Positions 1 to 9,422 of a DNA stretch of 64,000 nucleotides are shown piece by piece (the stretch's first letter is position 1; each line of letters starts with the position of its first letter). The DNA comes from Armatimonadota bacterium (GTDB lineage: Bacteria; Armatimonadota; UBA5829; DTLH01). Where the stretch lies: positions 1 to 64,000 of the forward strand of contig JBBRAE010000002.1 in assembly GCA_038207085.1 (NCBI GenBank). The letters run 5' to 3'. A program made the position numbers and the translations under genes. The notes under the pieces were generated by a model. That model made no database searches. It was not told the DNA's origin and saw nothing but the letters and a program-made list of their open reading frames with translations.

Positions 1-183
1 TTGCATTTTGAGGCTGTCATTGTAAAACTCCGACGTAAAGGCAATGGGGACTTCCTTCGGCAGCCCTGTCCCACGGCGTTTGAATGTGGCTTCAACCGCA
101 GCAGTGAGCAGACCTCCGTCAAAGGTGAAAGCTCGCGAGAAAACCCAAAGGTCATAGAAATCTTTCATGCGGCTGTTAACCAG
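1..183 (-). pseudogene. 5'-truncated AbiEii/AbiGii-family nucleotidyltransferase toxin fragment (runs off left edge)
   Basis: Manual translation LVNSRMKDFYDLWVFSRAFTFDGGLLTAAVEATFKRRGTGLPKEVPIAFTSEF matches the AbiEii C-terminal pattern NSRMKDFYD...FDG..L..A..ATF.RR.T; cut upstream by the palindrome at 186. Confidence 0.7.
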
Positions 184-185
184 GG

Positions 186-317
186 AATAAAGGGACTGAG
201 CCCTTTATTGACAAGCGATCCGGCAGATTGTATACTGCTGCCATGCCAAAAGTAGTGAGGTCGGTAGTTGAAGAGGCCGACCGCGAAAGGCTTAACAAAG
301 GGCTCAGTCCCATTATT
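186..317 (+). mobile_element. Miniature element bounded by inverted 24-bp palindromes; probable internally deleted REP-associated tyrosine transposase (RAYT-like) remnant
   Basis: AATAAAGGGACTGAGCCCTTTATT (186-209) and its near reverse complement AACAAAGGGCTCAGTCCCATTATT (294-317); inside are a promoter, ATG-MPKVVRSVV (243) and, in another frame, RGRPRKA-stop (272-295). Confidence 0.5.
208..236 (+). promoter_or_regulatory. sigma70-type promoter
   Basis: TTGACA-N17-TATACT. Confidence 0.65.
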
Positions 318-655
318 TCTCAGACCCAAGTGGAGGAACGACCACAGGAGCCGACCATCCGCTCTTGATCTTCTAACACAGCTGAGAATAGAACTCTGGA
401 GCCACGAAGCAGGCGGACAACTTATAGAGTTTCCAGTCGATCCGACTCTTGCCCCAAACGCACCAAAATACGTCGAAAACGCACAAGCATGGCTGGCACA
501 AACTGTTTCCAGGGAACTACCTCTAAGTGCATGGAGCGCCATCATATACGCAGACGCCTGAAATTAACCGGCCCGACAGCTAAGAATATCCCGGCTCAAG
601 CCATCACTCTGTACCTAACTTGGTGGCTGATACCTAAGATAGAGCCAAAGTTCAG
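318..655 (+). pseudogene. 3' remnant of a transposase (IS4/IS701-like, family uncertain) with possible right end
   Basis: LRPKWRNDHRSRPSALDLLTQLRIELW resembles the PKWR..RPS.LDL..LR tails of DDE transposases; segment ends GCCAAAGTTCAG, abutting repeat A. Confidence 0.4.
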
Positions 656-740
656 TGGGGGGGCGATTTCCGAATCGCCACCCCAAAGCTAAGACGGGAT
701 TTCCGAATCCCGAATGGCGTAATGCATGGCAATTGACCCA
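656..740. repeat. Dispersed palindromic repeat family A, copy 1
   Basis: Near identical to 33225-33309; hairpins GGCGATT-TCCG-AATCGCC and GGGATT-TCCG-AATCCC. Confidence 0.9.
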
Positions 741-2016
741 CTAGTAATCGACTCTGTAAGCCTCAAGCCGCCCGGCGAGGTCTGCTGTGATCTCTGCTTC
801 GACCACGATCTTGTCCTCCCGATAGTCAGCCGAAAGCACCCTGCCGCGATCGTAGCACATGTTGAGGAGGTCGCTTCGGCTGTAGGGGATCTCAATCGTC
901 ACCCGCACAAGAAGCGACTGAACCGTCTTTGAAAGCTGGCGCATCAGGTCTGGGATGCCCTCGTGGCTCTGGGCGCTTATATAGACGGAGTCTGGCGTCT
1001 CGACTACCGCGCGGCGCAGTTCGTACTGATCGCGCAGCAGGTCGCTTTTGTTGAAGACCGTGATCGTCGGCTTGTCAGCCACGCCGAGCTCTTCGAGCAC
1101 CTGCTCCACCGCCTTGATCTGCTCCTCCATGCGCGGATGGCTTGCGTCCACTACATGGATCAGGAAGTCGGCGTCGATCACCTCTTCAAGGGTCGCCCGA
1201 AACGCGGCGACGAGGTGATGGGGCAGGTTCCTCAAGAAGCCTACGGTGTCGGTCACAAGGACGCTCCAGCCGTCAGGAAGGACCACCCGGCGGGTCGTCG
1301 GGTCAAGGGTCGCAAAGAGCTTGGGGTCGACGTAGACCTCGGAGCCCGAGAGGGTATTTAGCAGCGTAGACTTGCCCGCGCTCGTATACCCGACAAGCGC
1401 TGCCGAGGGAAACGGAAGCCGGTTGCGTGCGGCCTTTTGCACACTTCGGTGCTTGCGGACCTCATCTAGCTCGTCCACGAGGTCCACAATTCTTTCCCGC
1501 AGCTTCCTGCGGTCGCTTTCAAGCTTGGTCTCGCCGGGGCCGCGGGTGCCGATCCCACCTCCCTGGCGCGACATAGCCGCGCCGCGCCCCGAGAGCCTCG
1601 GGAGCAGATATTTGAGCTGCGCAAGCTCCACCTGAAGCTTGCCTTCCTTGGTGTGAGCGCGCTGGGCGAAGATATCTAGAATGAGCTGCGTGCGGTCGAC
1701 CACGCGCACCGTCACTAGCTTTTCGATGTTGCGCTGCTGAGACGGAGTAAGGTCCGCGCCGATGATCACGACCGACGCGTCGGCCTCAAGCAACTCTTCA
1801 TAAGTCTCAAGCGAGTTACCTTTCCCAATATAGTAAACCGGGTCGGGCCGCGAGCGGCGCAGATGTTTCTCCCCCACAACCGTCGCCCCTGCGCTGTCGA
1901 TTAGTTCCTTCAGCTCATCGGTGTTCCAGTCGATAATTTGCGACTCCCGGGGGTCGATCACCACCAGAAAAGCCTGTTCCTGCTGTTCTACTTCGTAGTT
2001 CGTAGTAGTCCTCCAT
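741..2016 (-). CDS. hflX: GTPase HflX; 5' end anomalous (7-nt tandem duplication, or ACG start at 2003)
   Basis: DRTQLILDIFAQRA, EGKLQVELAQL, GGIGTRGPGETKLE, GYTSAGKSTL, DTVGF, NKSD motifs. Confidence 0.95.
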
Positions 2017-2250
2017 CAAATTCTTCGGCTGAAGCCTTCGTACATAACGTGGCTTGGGCCGTCAGTATTATATTCCGAATGGCCGATAATCTCAATCCGC
2101 CGAGTCTTTCCGTTTGCGCCAGCAGGGTGTACAATAGAGTTAGGCGAGCACGGGAGGTAGGACTAAGCGGATTTTCTGCAATCGCAAAACACACCGGGCT
2201 ATCTGTTATTCTATGACCAAACGCGTCAGAAGCAAGCGCTCCATAACACA

Positions 2251-2330
2251 CTAACCCGCTTTATTCGTGAAGCGTATAAAGCTCTCGCTAGCAAAGCATT
2301 ATTCACGCTCCTCGTGAATAATGCAGGCTA
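2251..2330. repeat. Dispersed double-hairpin repeat family B, copy 1 (inverted relative to the others)
   Basis: Reverse complement matches 33311-33390 and 36885-36965; arms GCATTATTCACG/CGTGAATAATGC. Confidence 0.9.
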
Positions 2331-2478
2331 ACTGATGCGTCTCAACCCAAAACTCGCATTCTTGCGTGTGGTCCTGCTTTGCAGCCAATGGAAGAACCTG
2401 TTAGAAACCACAAGGGAAGAATATAGACCAAGAGCCGAAAGGTCACAAAAGAATGGTCATCCTTGGGAGGGAAGCAAC

Positions 2479-3798
2479 TTGAGAATTATACTGAAAGCAC
2501 AATCCGCATATGCGGCTGGACTTGCCGCTCTGGCCTGTGTCGCGCTCGCCGGCTGTGGAGGAGGCGGTGGAGGAGGATCGACCACCGATGACATCGCACG
2601 CGCGGTGCCCGTGGGATCAGGTGGCCGCTCGGTTCGCCTGAACAACTACAACAGCTGGGGACTGACCAGCAGTGCGGACCATCAGAATGCCACGAAACTA
2701 CAGGCAGCACTGCAGAAGCTCGTCAAGCGTGAAGATATCGTCCTGACAGATGACGAGGCCTTTTGGCATGAAACCCCGGGATGGGACGGCTGCGCCCCCG
2801 CAGACATCAAGCGGCTGAACCCCGGCACCAAAATCTATATGTACTACCGCGCCGCAAAGGCATCATTCGAAAACGACTGGGCGAAGCCGCTGTCCTCGCT
2901 TACAGGTAAGCTCAATATTGGAAACCCCATCTATTGGGCAGACATCCAGCAGAACGATTGGTGGCTGCGAGACGGCAACGGACAAGCTCTCGTCCACGAC
3001 ACATACCACTTTATCGACTTTGGCAAACCCGGAGTCAAAGAGAAGTACCTGCAGACCATGCTTGCGCGCCTTGCTGGCAAGCCCGTCAACGGAGTGGTCA
3101 TCGACTTCGTCCCGCCGGACCTGACTCAGGTATTGATGGGCCGACCGCGTCCTGCGGCATATCCGACCGATAACGATTGGTATACCAAAGCCTTTGTGCC
3201 CTTCATCACCTATGTATACGACGGCCTGAGAAGCGCGGGTTACAAGACCGCAGGACTCTGCTACGACTACAACAAAAGAGGAAGCACCAATGAAGGGTTC
3301 ATGAGGTCCAAGATCGATATCAGCATATACGAAAGCTGGCTGGTCCACTGGAACGGCGACTGGCTTCCGAAAAACATGATCGCGCAGAGGATCAGCGACT
3401 TCAGGCAGGACCCGCTTGAGTGCTGGGTCGCGGACTTTGGGCTTCGCGCCGGAATCTCCGACTACGAGCTCAAGCAGACAGCTGCTCTGGCTATGTATTA
3501 CGTGTCGATCCCGATGTCTCAGGACAAACGAAGCTACCATCACTACGGTCAGCTGCCCTGGCACACGAACTGGGACTTCAACATCGGGCTGCCTGCCGAA
3601 GAGAGCGTGCGCATGACCGACAAGTTCTTCTGGAGCCGCAGGTATACCCAGGGGCTGGTGCTCTTCAACTATGAGGACTCGGGGGCGATCACATTCCCGA
3701 TCACTCGGGCTTATCGCGACGCAAGTGGACAGGTCTACCGCACCTCGATCACAGTGCCGGCGCACACGGGTATGATCTTACAGACCGCAGGCAACTAA
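2479..3798 (+). CDS. Lipoprotein with putative TIM-barrel glycoside hydrolase domain (GHL15-like)
   Basis: TTG start after GGGAGG; lipobox LAGC plus Gly linker; aromatic-rich, NGVVID and WSRRYTQGLVLFN motifs. Confidence 0.6.
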   Translation: MRIILKAQSAYAAGLAALACVALAGCGGGGGGGSTTDDIARAVPVGSGGRSVRLNNYNSWGLTSSADHQNATKLQAALQKLVKREDIVLTDDEAFWHETPGWDGCAPADIKRLNPGTKIYMYYRAAKASFENDWAKPLSSLTGKLNIGNPIYWADIQQNDWWLRDGNGQALVHDTYHFIDFGKPGVKEKYLQTMLARLAGKPVNGVVIDFVPPDLTQVLMGRPRPAAYPTDNDWYTKAFVPFITYVYDGLRSAGYKTAGLCYDYNKRGSTNEGFMRSKIDISIYESWLVHWNGDWLPKNMIAQRISDFRQDPLECWVADFGLRAGISDYELKQTAALAMYYVSIPMSQDKRSYHHYGQLPWHTNWDFNIGLPAEESVRMTDKFFWSRRYTQGLVLFNYEDSGAITFPITRAYRDASGQVYRTSITVPAHTGMILQTAGN

Positions 3799-3868
3799 GA
3801 CTTTCACGATCGAAGCTTGATCTTCGGTCAGCGCAGTGACTAACTGCTTTGACCAAAGACCAAGAACG

Positions 3869-3904
3869 AAAAAAGGCGGAGCCGGTATGTCGGCTCCGCC
3901 TTTT
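3869..3904. terminator. Bidirectional intrinsic terminator
   Basis: AAAAAA-GGCGGAGCCG-gtatgt-CGGCTCCGCC-TTTT between convergent genes. Confidence 0.85.
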
Positions 3905-3921
3905 GGTGTACAATCTATAAT

Positions 3922-5157
3922 TTACAGGTTGAGCCTGGTTTTCACCCGCTCGATCGCCTCAATGGTGTTCTCCCGGCTGCCAAAAGCGGTCAGCCTGAAG
4001 TAGCCCTCCCCTGAAGGGCCGAAGCCACTTCCGGGCGTGCCGACCACATGCGCCTTGGTGAGGAGCATGTCGAAGAACCCCCAGGAGTCGAGCCCCGCCG
4101 GGGTCTTGAGCCATATGTAGGGGGCGTTTACCCCGCCAAATACCTCAAAGCACGCCTCGATCAGCCCGTCGCGGATGATCCTGGCGTTGGTCATGTAGTA
4201 ATCGATCACTTCCCTTATCTGGGCCTTGCCATCGGGCGAATAGGTGGCCTCAGCGCCCTTCTGGACTATGTAGGGGACGCCGTTGAACTTGGTGGTCTGA
4301 CGCCTGTTCCAGAGGGGGTTTATGGGAAGCGCGCGCCCGTCGCGGGTCTTTGCCGTCACCGTCTTTGGAACGACGGTGTAGGCGCAGCGGGTGCCGGTGA
4401 ACCCCGCGGTCTTGGAGAACGATCTAAGCTCGATCGCGCACTCCCGCGCGCCCTCGATCTCATAGATGCTGTGGGGGACATCCTCCTCGGTGATGTAGGC
4501 CTCGTAGGCCGAGTCAAATATGATCACCGTGCCATTGGCCCGAGCGTAGTCGACCCACTTCTTTAGTTCTGCCCTCGGAAGTGTGGTCCCGGTCGGGTTG
4601 TTCGGGACGCAGAGGTAGATCACGTCGACCGGCTCGGTGGGAAGCGCGGGGGTGAAGTTGTTCTCCGCGTTGCATGCCAGGTAGACGATGCCTGTGAAGC
4701 GGCCATCATCGCCGAGCTCGCCCGTTCGGCCCGCCATGACGTTGGTATCGAGGTAGACGGGGTAGACGGGGTCGGTGATCGCCACTGTGTTTTCGCGGCT
4801 GAAAATCTCCTGGATGTTTGCGACATCGCTTTTTGCGCCGTCGCTTATGAACACCTCGTCGGCCTCAAGTGCGATTCCTCTTGGGGTGTAGTCGTTTTCG
4901 ATCACCTTCTCGATTAGGAATGTGTAGCCCTGCTCGGGACCGTAGCCTCGGAAGGTCGCCGCATCACCCATCTCGTCGACCGCCTTGTGCATCGCTTCGA
5001 TGACGGCGGGGACGAGCGGCTTGGTGACGTCGCCTATGCCGAGCCTGATAATGTTGGCATCGGGGTTATCGTTTTTGAAGCTTGTGACCCTTCGAGCTAT
5101 TTCAGCGAAGAGGTAGCTGCCGGGCAGCTTCAGATAATCTTCGTTTATGAATGCCAT
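3922..5157 (-). CDS. dapL: LL-diaminopimelate aminotransferase
   Basis: [46 protein letters not shown]; near dapF. Confidence 0.95.
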   Translation of the reverse strand: MAFINEDYLKLPGSYLFAEIARRVTSFKNDNPDANIIRLGIGDVTKPLVPAVIEAMHKAVDEMGDAATFRGYGPEQGYTFLIEKVIENDYTPRGIALEADEVFISDGAKSDVANIQEIFSRENTVAITDPVYPVYLDTNVMAGRTGELGDDGRFTGIVYLACNAENNFTPALPTEPVDVIYLCVPNNPTGTTLPRAELKKWVDYARANGTVIIFDSAYEAYITEEDVPHSIYEIEGARECAIELRSFSKTAGFTGTRCAYTVVPKTVTAKTRDGRALPINPLWNRRQTTKFNGVPYIVQKGAEATYSPDGKAQIREVIDYYMTNARIIRDGLIEACFEVFGGVNAPYIWLKTPAGLDSWGFFDMLLTKAHVVGTPGSGFGPSGEGYFRLTAFGSRENTIEAIERVKTRLNL

Positions 5158-5172
5158 TTCTTTCCTTTCAGA

Positions 5173-6021
5173 CTACTTGACTCCGATGATCCTTATGCCA
5201 AGTAATGCTCTACTTGGCCCAACCGAAGCAAGTTTCTTCCTCGTGCCGTAGGGAAGCACACCAAGTAGACGCTCAAATGCCCCGACAAGCCACACCGGTG
5301 TCTTTAGATATCGGCCATTAGCCCCGGCAAGCGTGTATACCCTGCGAAAACCGACCGCGCGAAAAATGCTGGCAAGCTCGATGTTGGTATACTCCTTGAG
5401 ATGAAAACCCTTCGCGACCCGGTCGAAGTGGCACGAAACGTCGTGCGGACCGCTCAGCCGCTGTGGTGTGGCGCAGATGTAAGCCCCACCGGGCTTTAGC
5501 ACCCGAAAAATGCTCTGCAGCTGCTCTGTCGCGTCGTCGGGATGAAGGTGCTCCATGAGCTGGTGGCTGTAGGCCAGGTCGACACTGCTGTCTGAAAGCG
5601 GGATGTCGCATCCGTCAAAGAGAACCAACTCGAAGTTGTCGGGAGTGTCGGAGCGCTCGACTATCTTCTCAGATACATCAGCCGCATAGACCTTCTTGAC
5701 CATACCCGCGACTCGGATCGCCAGATCGCACGTGCCGGGGCCAAGCTCAAGCGCCGTGTAATCTGATTTTATCAGCGACTTGATGACCCCAAGCTGATAC
5801 TCGACCTGCTTTGCCGACTGCTCCGCCGAGTCCCTACATGTAAACTGCGGGTGGCTCGGCACGCGCCGGAAAAGCTCGTTATAGAGCTCGGTGTACAGGG
5901 TGCGGCGCTCCTCTTTGGAAGCAGACATGAGCCTTGCCGCGAGCTCTTTTTCGATCTCGTAGTGCTCCCGTATCTGTTCGAATGTCCTTTCAGACGGGAC
6001 GCCCGATTGCGACTTATTCAT
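5173..6021 (-). CDS. Class I SAM-dependent methyltransferase
   Basis: LELGPGTC motif I, VDLAYS, RVLKPGG; start taken at ATG 6021. Confidence 0.85.
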   Translation of the reverse strand: MNKSQSGVPSERTFEQIREHYEIEKELAARLMSASKEERRTLYTELYNELFRRVPSHPQFTCRDSAEQSAKQVEYQLGVIKSLIKSDYTALELGPGTCDLAIRVAGMVKKVYAADVSEKIVERSDTPDNFELVLFDGCDIPLSDSSVDLAYSHQLMEHLHPDDATEQLQSIFRVLKPGGAYICATPQRLSGPHDVSCHFDRVAKGFHLKEYTNIELASIFRAVGFRRVYTLAGANGRYLKTPVWLVGAFERLLGVLPYGTRKKLASVGPSRALLGIRIIGVK

Positions 6022-6056
6022 ATTGAACCTCTGACTTGATCGGCGCTTCCCAATGG

Positions 6057-6899
6057 TCAGACAGGAATCTCGCCGGTGAATACCTCTACCGCGGGTCCGG
6101 TCATCATCACAGACGTGTCGTCCGCGGGCCACTCGATCAACAGGTCTCCGCCGTCGAGGTGAACTGTGACCCTGCGATCGGTGTGGCCGTTTAGGATCGC
6201 GGCGACCGCAGTCGCGCACGCGCCGGTGCCGCAGGCGAGAGTCATCCCAGCGCCGCGCTCCCAGACCCGCATACGCAGCTCGGAGCGGTTGATGATCTGC
6301 GCGAACTCCGTGTTGGTCCGCTCAGGAAAGAACGGGTGATGCTCGAAGCTCGGGCCGATGGAGTGGATCGGGAAGGCCTCGACGTCATCGACAAACGTGA
6401 CGCAGTGGGGGTTACCCATCGAGACGCATGTTACTGCGTAGTCGCGGCCTTCGACGGTCATGTTCTCTGCCACTACCCGACCATTCCCCGGCCCGCCAAA
6501 GGGTATTTCACCCCGGTCAAGCCTCGGGCGGCCCATCTCGACTCGTGCGGCGACCACATTGCCGCCTTCGATCGAGAGACTGACCACCATTATCCCCGCA
6601 AGAGTCTCGATCCGTGCGGGGTTTGCCGTGCATATCCCATGCTCATAGGCGAACTTGGCGGCGCAGCGGATGCCGTTGCCGCACATCTGCGGCTCGCTTC
6701 CGTCGGGGTTGAGCATCCGCATTCGGTGATCGGCGACCTCAGAGGGCAAAACGAGGATCAGCCCGTCGCCGCCTATCCCGAAGTGCCTGTCACAGGTTCT
6801 TATGGCCAGGTCAGAAAGTATCGAATCGTCGAGATGCTCCTTGAAGCCGTCGACCACGACAAAATCGTTGCCGAGACCATGCATCTTGGCGAAGTTCAC
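6057..6899 (-). CDS. dapF: Diaminopimelate epimerase
   Basis: KMHGLGNDF, MCGNGIRC, SMGNPH, ERGAGMTLACGTGAC; GTG start after AGGAGG. Confidence 0.95.
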   Translation of the reverse strand: MNFAKMHGLGNDFVVVDGFKEHLDDSILSDLAIRTCDRHFGIGGDGLILVLPSEVADHRMRMLNPDGSEPQMCGNGIRCAAKFAYEHGICTANPARIETLAGIMVVSLSIEGGNVVAARVEMGRPRLDRGEIPFGGPGNGRVVAENMTVEGRDYAVTCVSMGNPHCVTFVDDVEAFPIHSIGPSFEHHPFFPERTNTEFAQIINRSELRMRVWERGAGMTLACGTGACATAVAAILNGHTDRRVTVHLDGGDLLIEWPADDTSVMMTGPAVEVFTGEIPV

Positions 6900-7004
6900 A
6901 ATGTTACTCCTCCTAGTAAATGGCGGTTTTGCCATTTACGCTCTCGTAGTGATGGAGACCTTGGTGACAGCAGCGCCGGTTTTGCGCTGCGAGAGTCTCT
7001 GTCA

Positions 7005-7322
7005 CTACTCCTCTCCGTTATCAGTGTCTGCGCTCTCCTCACCGACGCCTGCGGCGGCTCTCTGCGCTGCTGCGCGCTCAACTGCGGGGGCGAACACCTC
7101 ACGAAGCGCTATCGGCCTCATCGGCACCACGGACGCCATGGCGTGTTTGTATACGAGTTGGGGCGGCTTGCCGGGGGTGTCGAGCACCACCGTAAAGGCA
7201 TCAAACCCCTTGACCATGCCCTTGAGCTGCACTCCGCTCACGAGATAAATTGTGACGGGAGTTGCTTCTTTTCTCACCTGATTCAGGAAAAGGTCCTGCA
7301 GGTTCATCTGGGTCTTGTTCAT
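7005..7322 (-). CDS. hfq: RNA chaperone Hfq
   Basis: [35 protein letters not shown]; downstream of miaA. Confidence 0.95.
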   Translation of the reverse strand: MNKTQMNLQDLFLNQVRKEATPVTIYLVSGVQLKGMVKGFDAFTVVLDTPGKPPQLVYKHAMASVVPMRPIALREVFAPAVERAAAQRAAAGVGEESADTDNGEE

Positions 7323-7432
7323 CTACACGCTCCTCTTGTGTTGACAGGCAGGGCGGATCCAACCGCCCTCTAAACGATACGATCCCCACCGGTATGGCCG
7401 GCGGCCAAAATTGGATGGTACCGCTGGGCAAG

Positions 7433-8416
7433 CTATCCGACGTCCTGCCCTAAGACTCCCTCATCCCGAAGCTTCGCCTCGATTATCGAAGCGGCCTCGG
7501 TAGCCGAGAGTGCATCTATGTTGATCCAGTGGATCCGCGCGTCGGCGCGAAACCATGTATACTGACGTTTCGCAAAGCGCCGGGTGCTCTGTTTCAACAG
7601 ATCAACCGCGCCTGCGAGATCGCACTTGCCCTGTAAATAGGCTGCGATTTCTTTATATCCAAGCCCCTGCATAGCGGGGGCCTCGGTAGTGTAATCTTTT
7701 TCGAGAAGTCCGGCGACCTCATCGACCAAACCCTGGGCGATCATCAGGTCTACCCGCTCCTCAACCCGCCGGTAGAGCGTTTCCCTATCCATCGTAAGTC
7801 CAAACTCTAGCGCGTCCGGGTATCTAGGCGGCGCCTTGGTCGCTCTTAAAATCTCAGACATCGGGCGTCCCGACTGCTCATACACTTCAAGCGCCCTGAT
7901 GACACGCCTGGTGTTGTTTGGATGAAGCCGCGCCGCGGTTTCCGGGTCGACTTCCGCAAGCCGCGAGTGCATCGCCTCGCTTCCAAGCTCTTCAGCCTCA
8001 CGTCGCAGGCGCTCCCTGACCTCAGGGTCCGGCTCCGGGCCCGGGATATTCAGCCCATCAAGCACTGCCCGGATATAAAGCCCGGTCCCGCCAACAATGA
8101 GCGGAAGCCTGCCGCGCCCGAGCAATTCGTCGATAACCGCGACGGCGCGCTCTTGAAAATCGACTACGGTAAACGGCTCGTCCGGGTCTGCCACATCGAT
8201 CAGATGAAACACGGCGCGCGCCCGCTCACTTGAAGTGGGTTTGGCCGTGCCGATGTCCATCCCTCGGTAGACCGCCATAGAGTCGGCGGAGATAATCTCC
8301 GCGCCGAGCCTTTCGGCAAGCTCACAGGCGACCGCCGTCTTTCCAGAGGCCGTAGGCCCCACTATCGCAACCGGCCGCACTCCGACCGATTGCTCACCAG
8401 ATACACCATCTCGCAT
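7433..8416 (-). CDS. miaA: tRNA dimethylallyltransferase (start uncertain)
   Basis: GPTASGKT, ISADSM.VYRGMDIGTAKP, VGGTGLY, RRFAKRQYTWF. Confidence 0.95.
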   Translation of the reverse strand: MRDGVSGEQSVGVRPVAIVGPTASGKTAVACELAERLGAEIISADSMAVYRGMDIGTAKPTSSERARAVFHLIDVADPDEPFTVVDFQERAVAVIDELLGRGRLPLIVGGTGLYIRAVLDGLNIPGPEPDPEVRERLRREAEELGSEAMHSRLAEVDPETAARLHPNNTRRVIRALEVYEQSGRPMSEILRATKAPPRYPDALEFGLTMDRETLYRRVEERVDLMIAQGLVDEVAGLLEKDYTTEAPAMQGLGYKEIAAYLQGKCDLAGAVDLLKQSTRRFAKRQYTWFRADARIHWINIDALSATEAASIIEAKLRDEGVLGQDVG

Positions 8417-8476
8417 TTTATCAACCGAGTATAACACATACCTAGTACAATAGGGAACAGGCTGCGGGATGGTCGG

Positions 8477-9061
8477 CTACGGCGACATATCCCCGAGGCT
8501 TATCCCCTGACGCTGAAGCGGGCCGATCAGGGCCGGGTAGGTCGCGACCAAATTGACTTTCCAGGTCTTCTCCTCTTTGGTCACCCGAAACGGGATGCCG
8601 TCCTTCATCGATTTTAGCACTTTGGCCGGGCGGGTGTTGCCGTCAAGCCCGGGGCCTGCTTTGAGGCTCACGGTCGCGACATCGCAGTTGGTCTCCTTGT
8701 CGCGCTTTATCCCCGAGACCTCAAGGACGAAGTCTTTGCCCTCGACAAAGTCTTTGCCGATGAAGTACTCGCGCACCATACTCAGATATTCGGGGAGTTT
8801 GTCCGCCGCGCCGGGGTACATTCCGCTGTACATCTGGAAGAGCTGGAGGTCGCTTGTCGCCATGCCTGCTTTGATCCGATTCTCGTCACCGGACTTTACA
8901 GCCTGCACAAACTCGCGCACGGCTACCTCGGGGTGAGGACGGTTGACGTATCGCCACGCGAAAAACCCGAGGGCGGCGATGACCAGGACGGCCAAAAGCC
9001 CGATTATCGGTCGCAACCGCCGTTTAGGCGCTCTCCGGGTTGCTTCTGGGTTGTTTTCCAT
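8477..9061 (-). CDS. Hypothetical single-pass membrane protein
   Basis: Basic N-terminus, one hydrophobic helix, soluble C-terminal domain; RBS GGAG. Confidence 0.65.
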   Translation of the reverse strand: MENNPEATRRAPKRRLRPIIGLLAVLVIAALGFFAWRYVNRPHPEVAVREFVQAVKSGDENRIKAGMATSDLQLFQMYSGMYPGAADKLPEYLSMVREYFIGKDFVEGKDFVLEVSGIKRDKETNCDVATVSLKAGPGLDGNTRPAKVLKSMKDGIPFRVTKEEKTWKVNLVATYPALIGPLQRQGISLGDMSP

Positions 9062-9422
9062 TGGTTAAAGAGTCTCCTTCACGGCCCCCCACTGTCCGAC
9101 GAGACAACTGCCGCCGGAGAAGGCCCCTTGTTAGGGTTATACTAAGAGATACTTACTTGAAGCAGGGAAAAGTTTCCTCCCAGTGTTTGTATATAATTGT
9201 GGTATACTCAAGCCAAACAGGCTGTGAACACGAGTCGGCAGTAAACGAACTCAGGCGCGACGCGGACGAGATCAGGCTAGAGCCTGGGTAATGGACGCTC
9301 ACGCTAATACCCTACCTCGCCTCGGCGCTTCATTGTCGCACTCTCCCCAAGCAAGTTTGCAGGATAATACTACCCATTGGCGGAATACTGACAACTGGGG
9401 GGCTTTGTTGGAGGTAACACAA

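Noticed and set aside
268..561. Intact 97-aa protein
   Set aside because: Chimeric frame reading from the mini-element palindrome into a transposase-like tail
2400..2465. Riboswitch upstream of the GH lipoprotein
   Set aside because: Only weak stems and no recognisable aptamer consensus
6336..7373. 345-aa plus-strand ORF and similar long antisense ORFs (2863-3765, 39281-40483, 44792-45790, 56336-57394)
   Set aside because: Shadow frames opposite well-supported genes in GC-rich DNA, with no motifs
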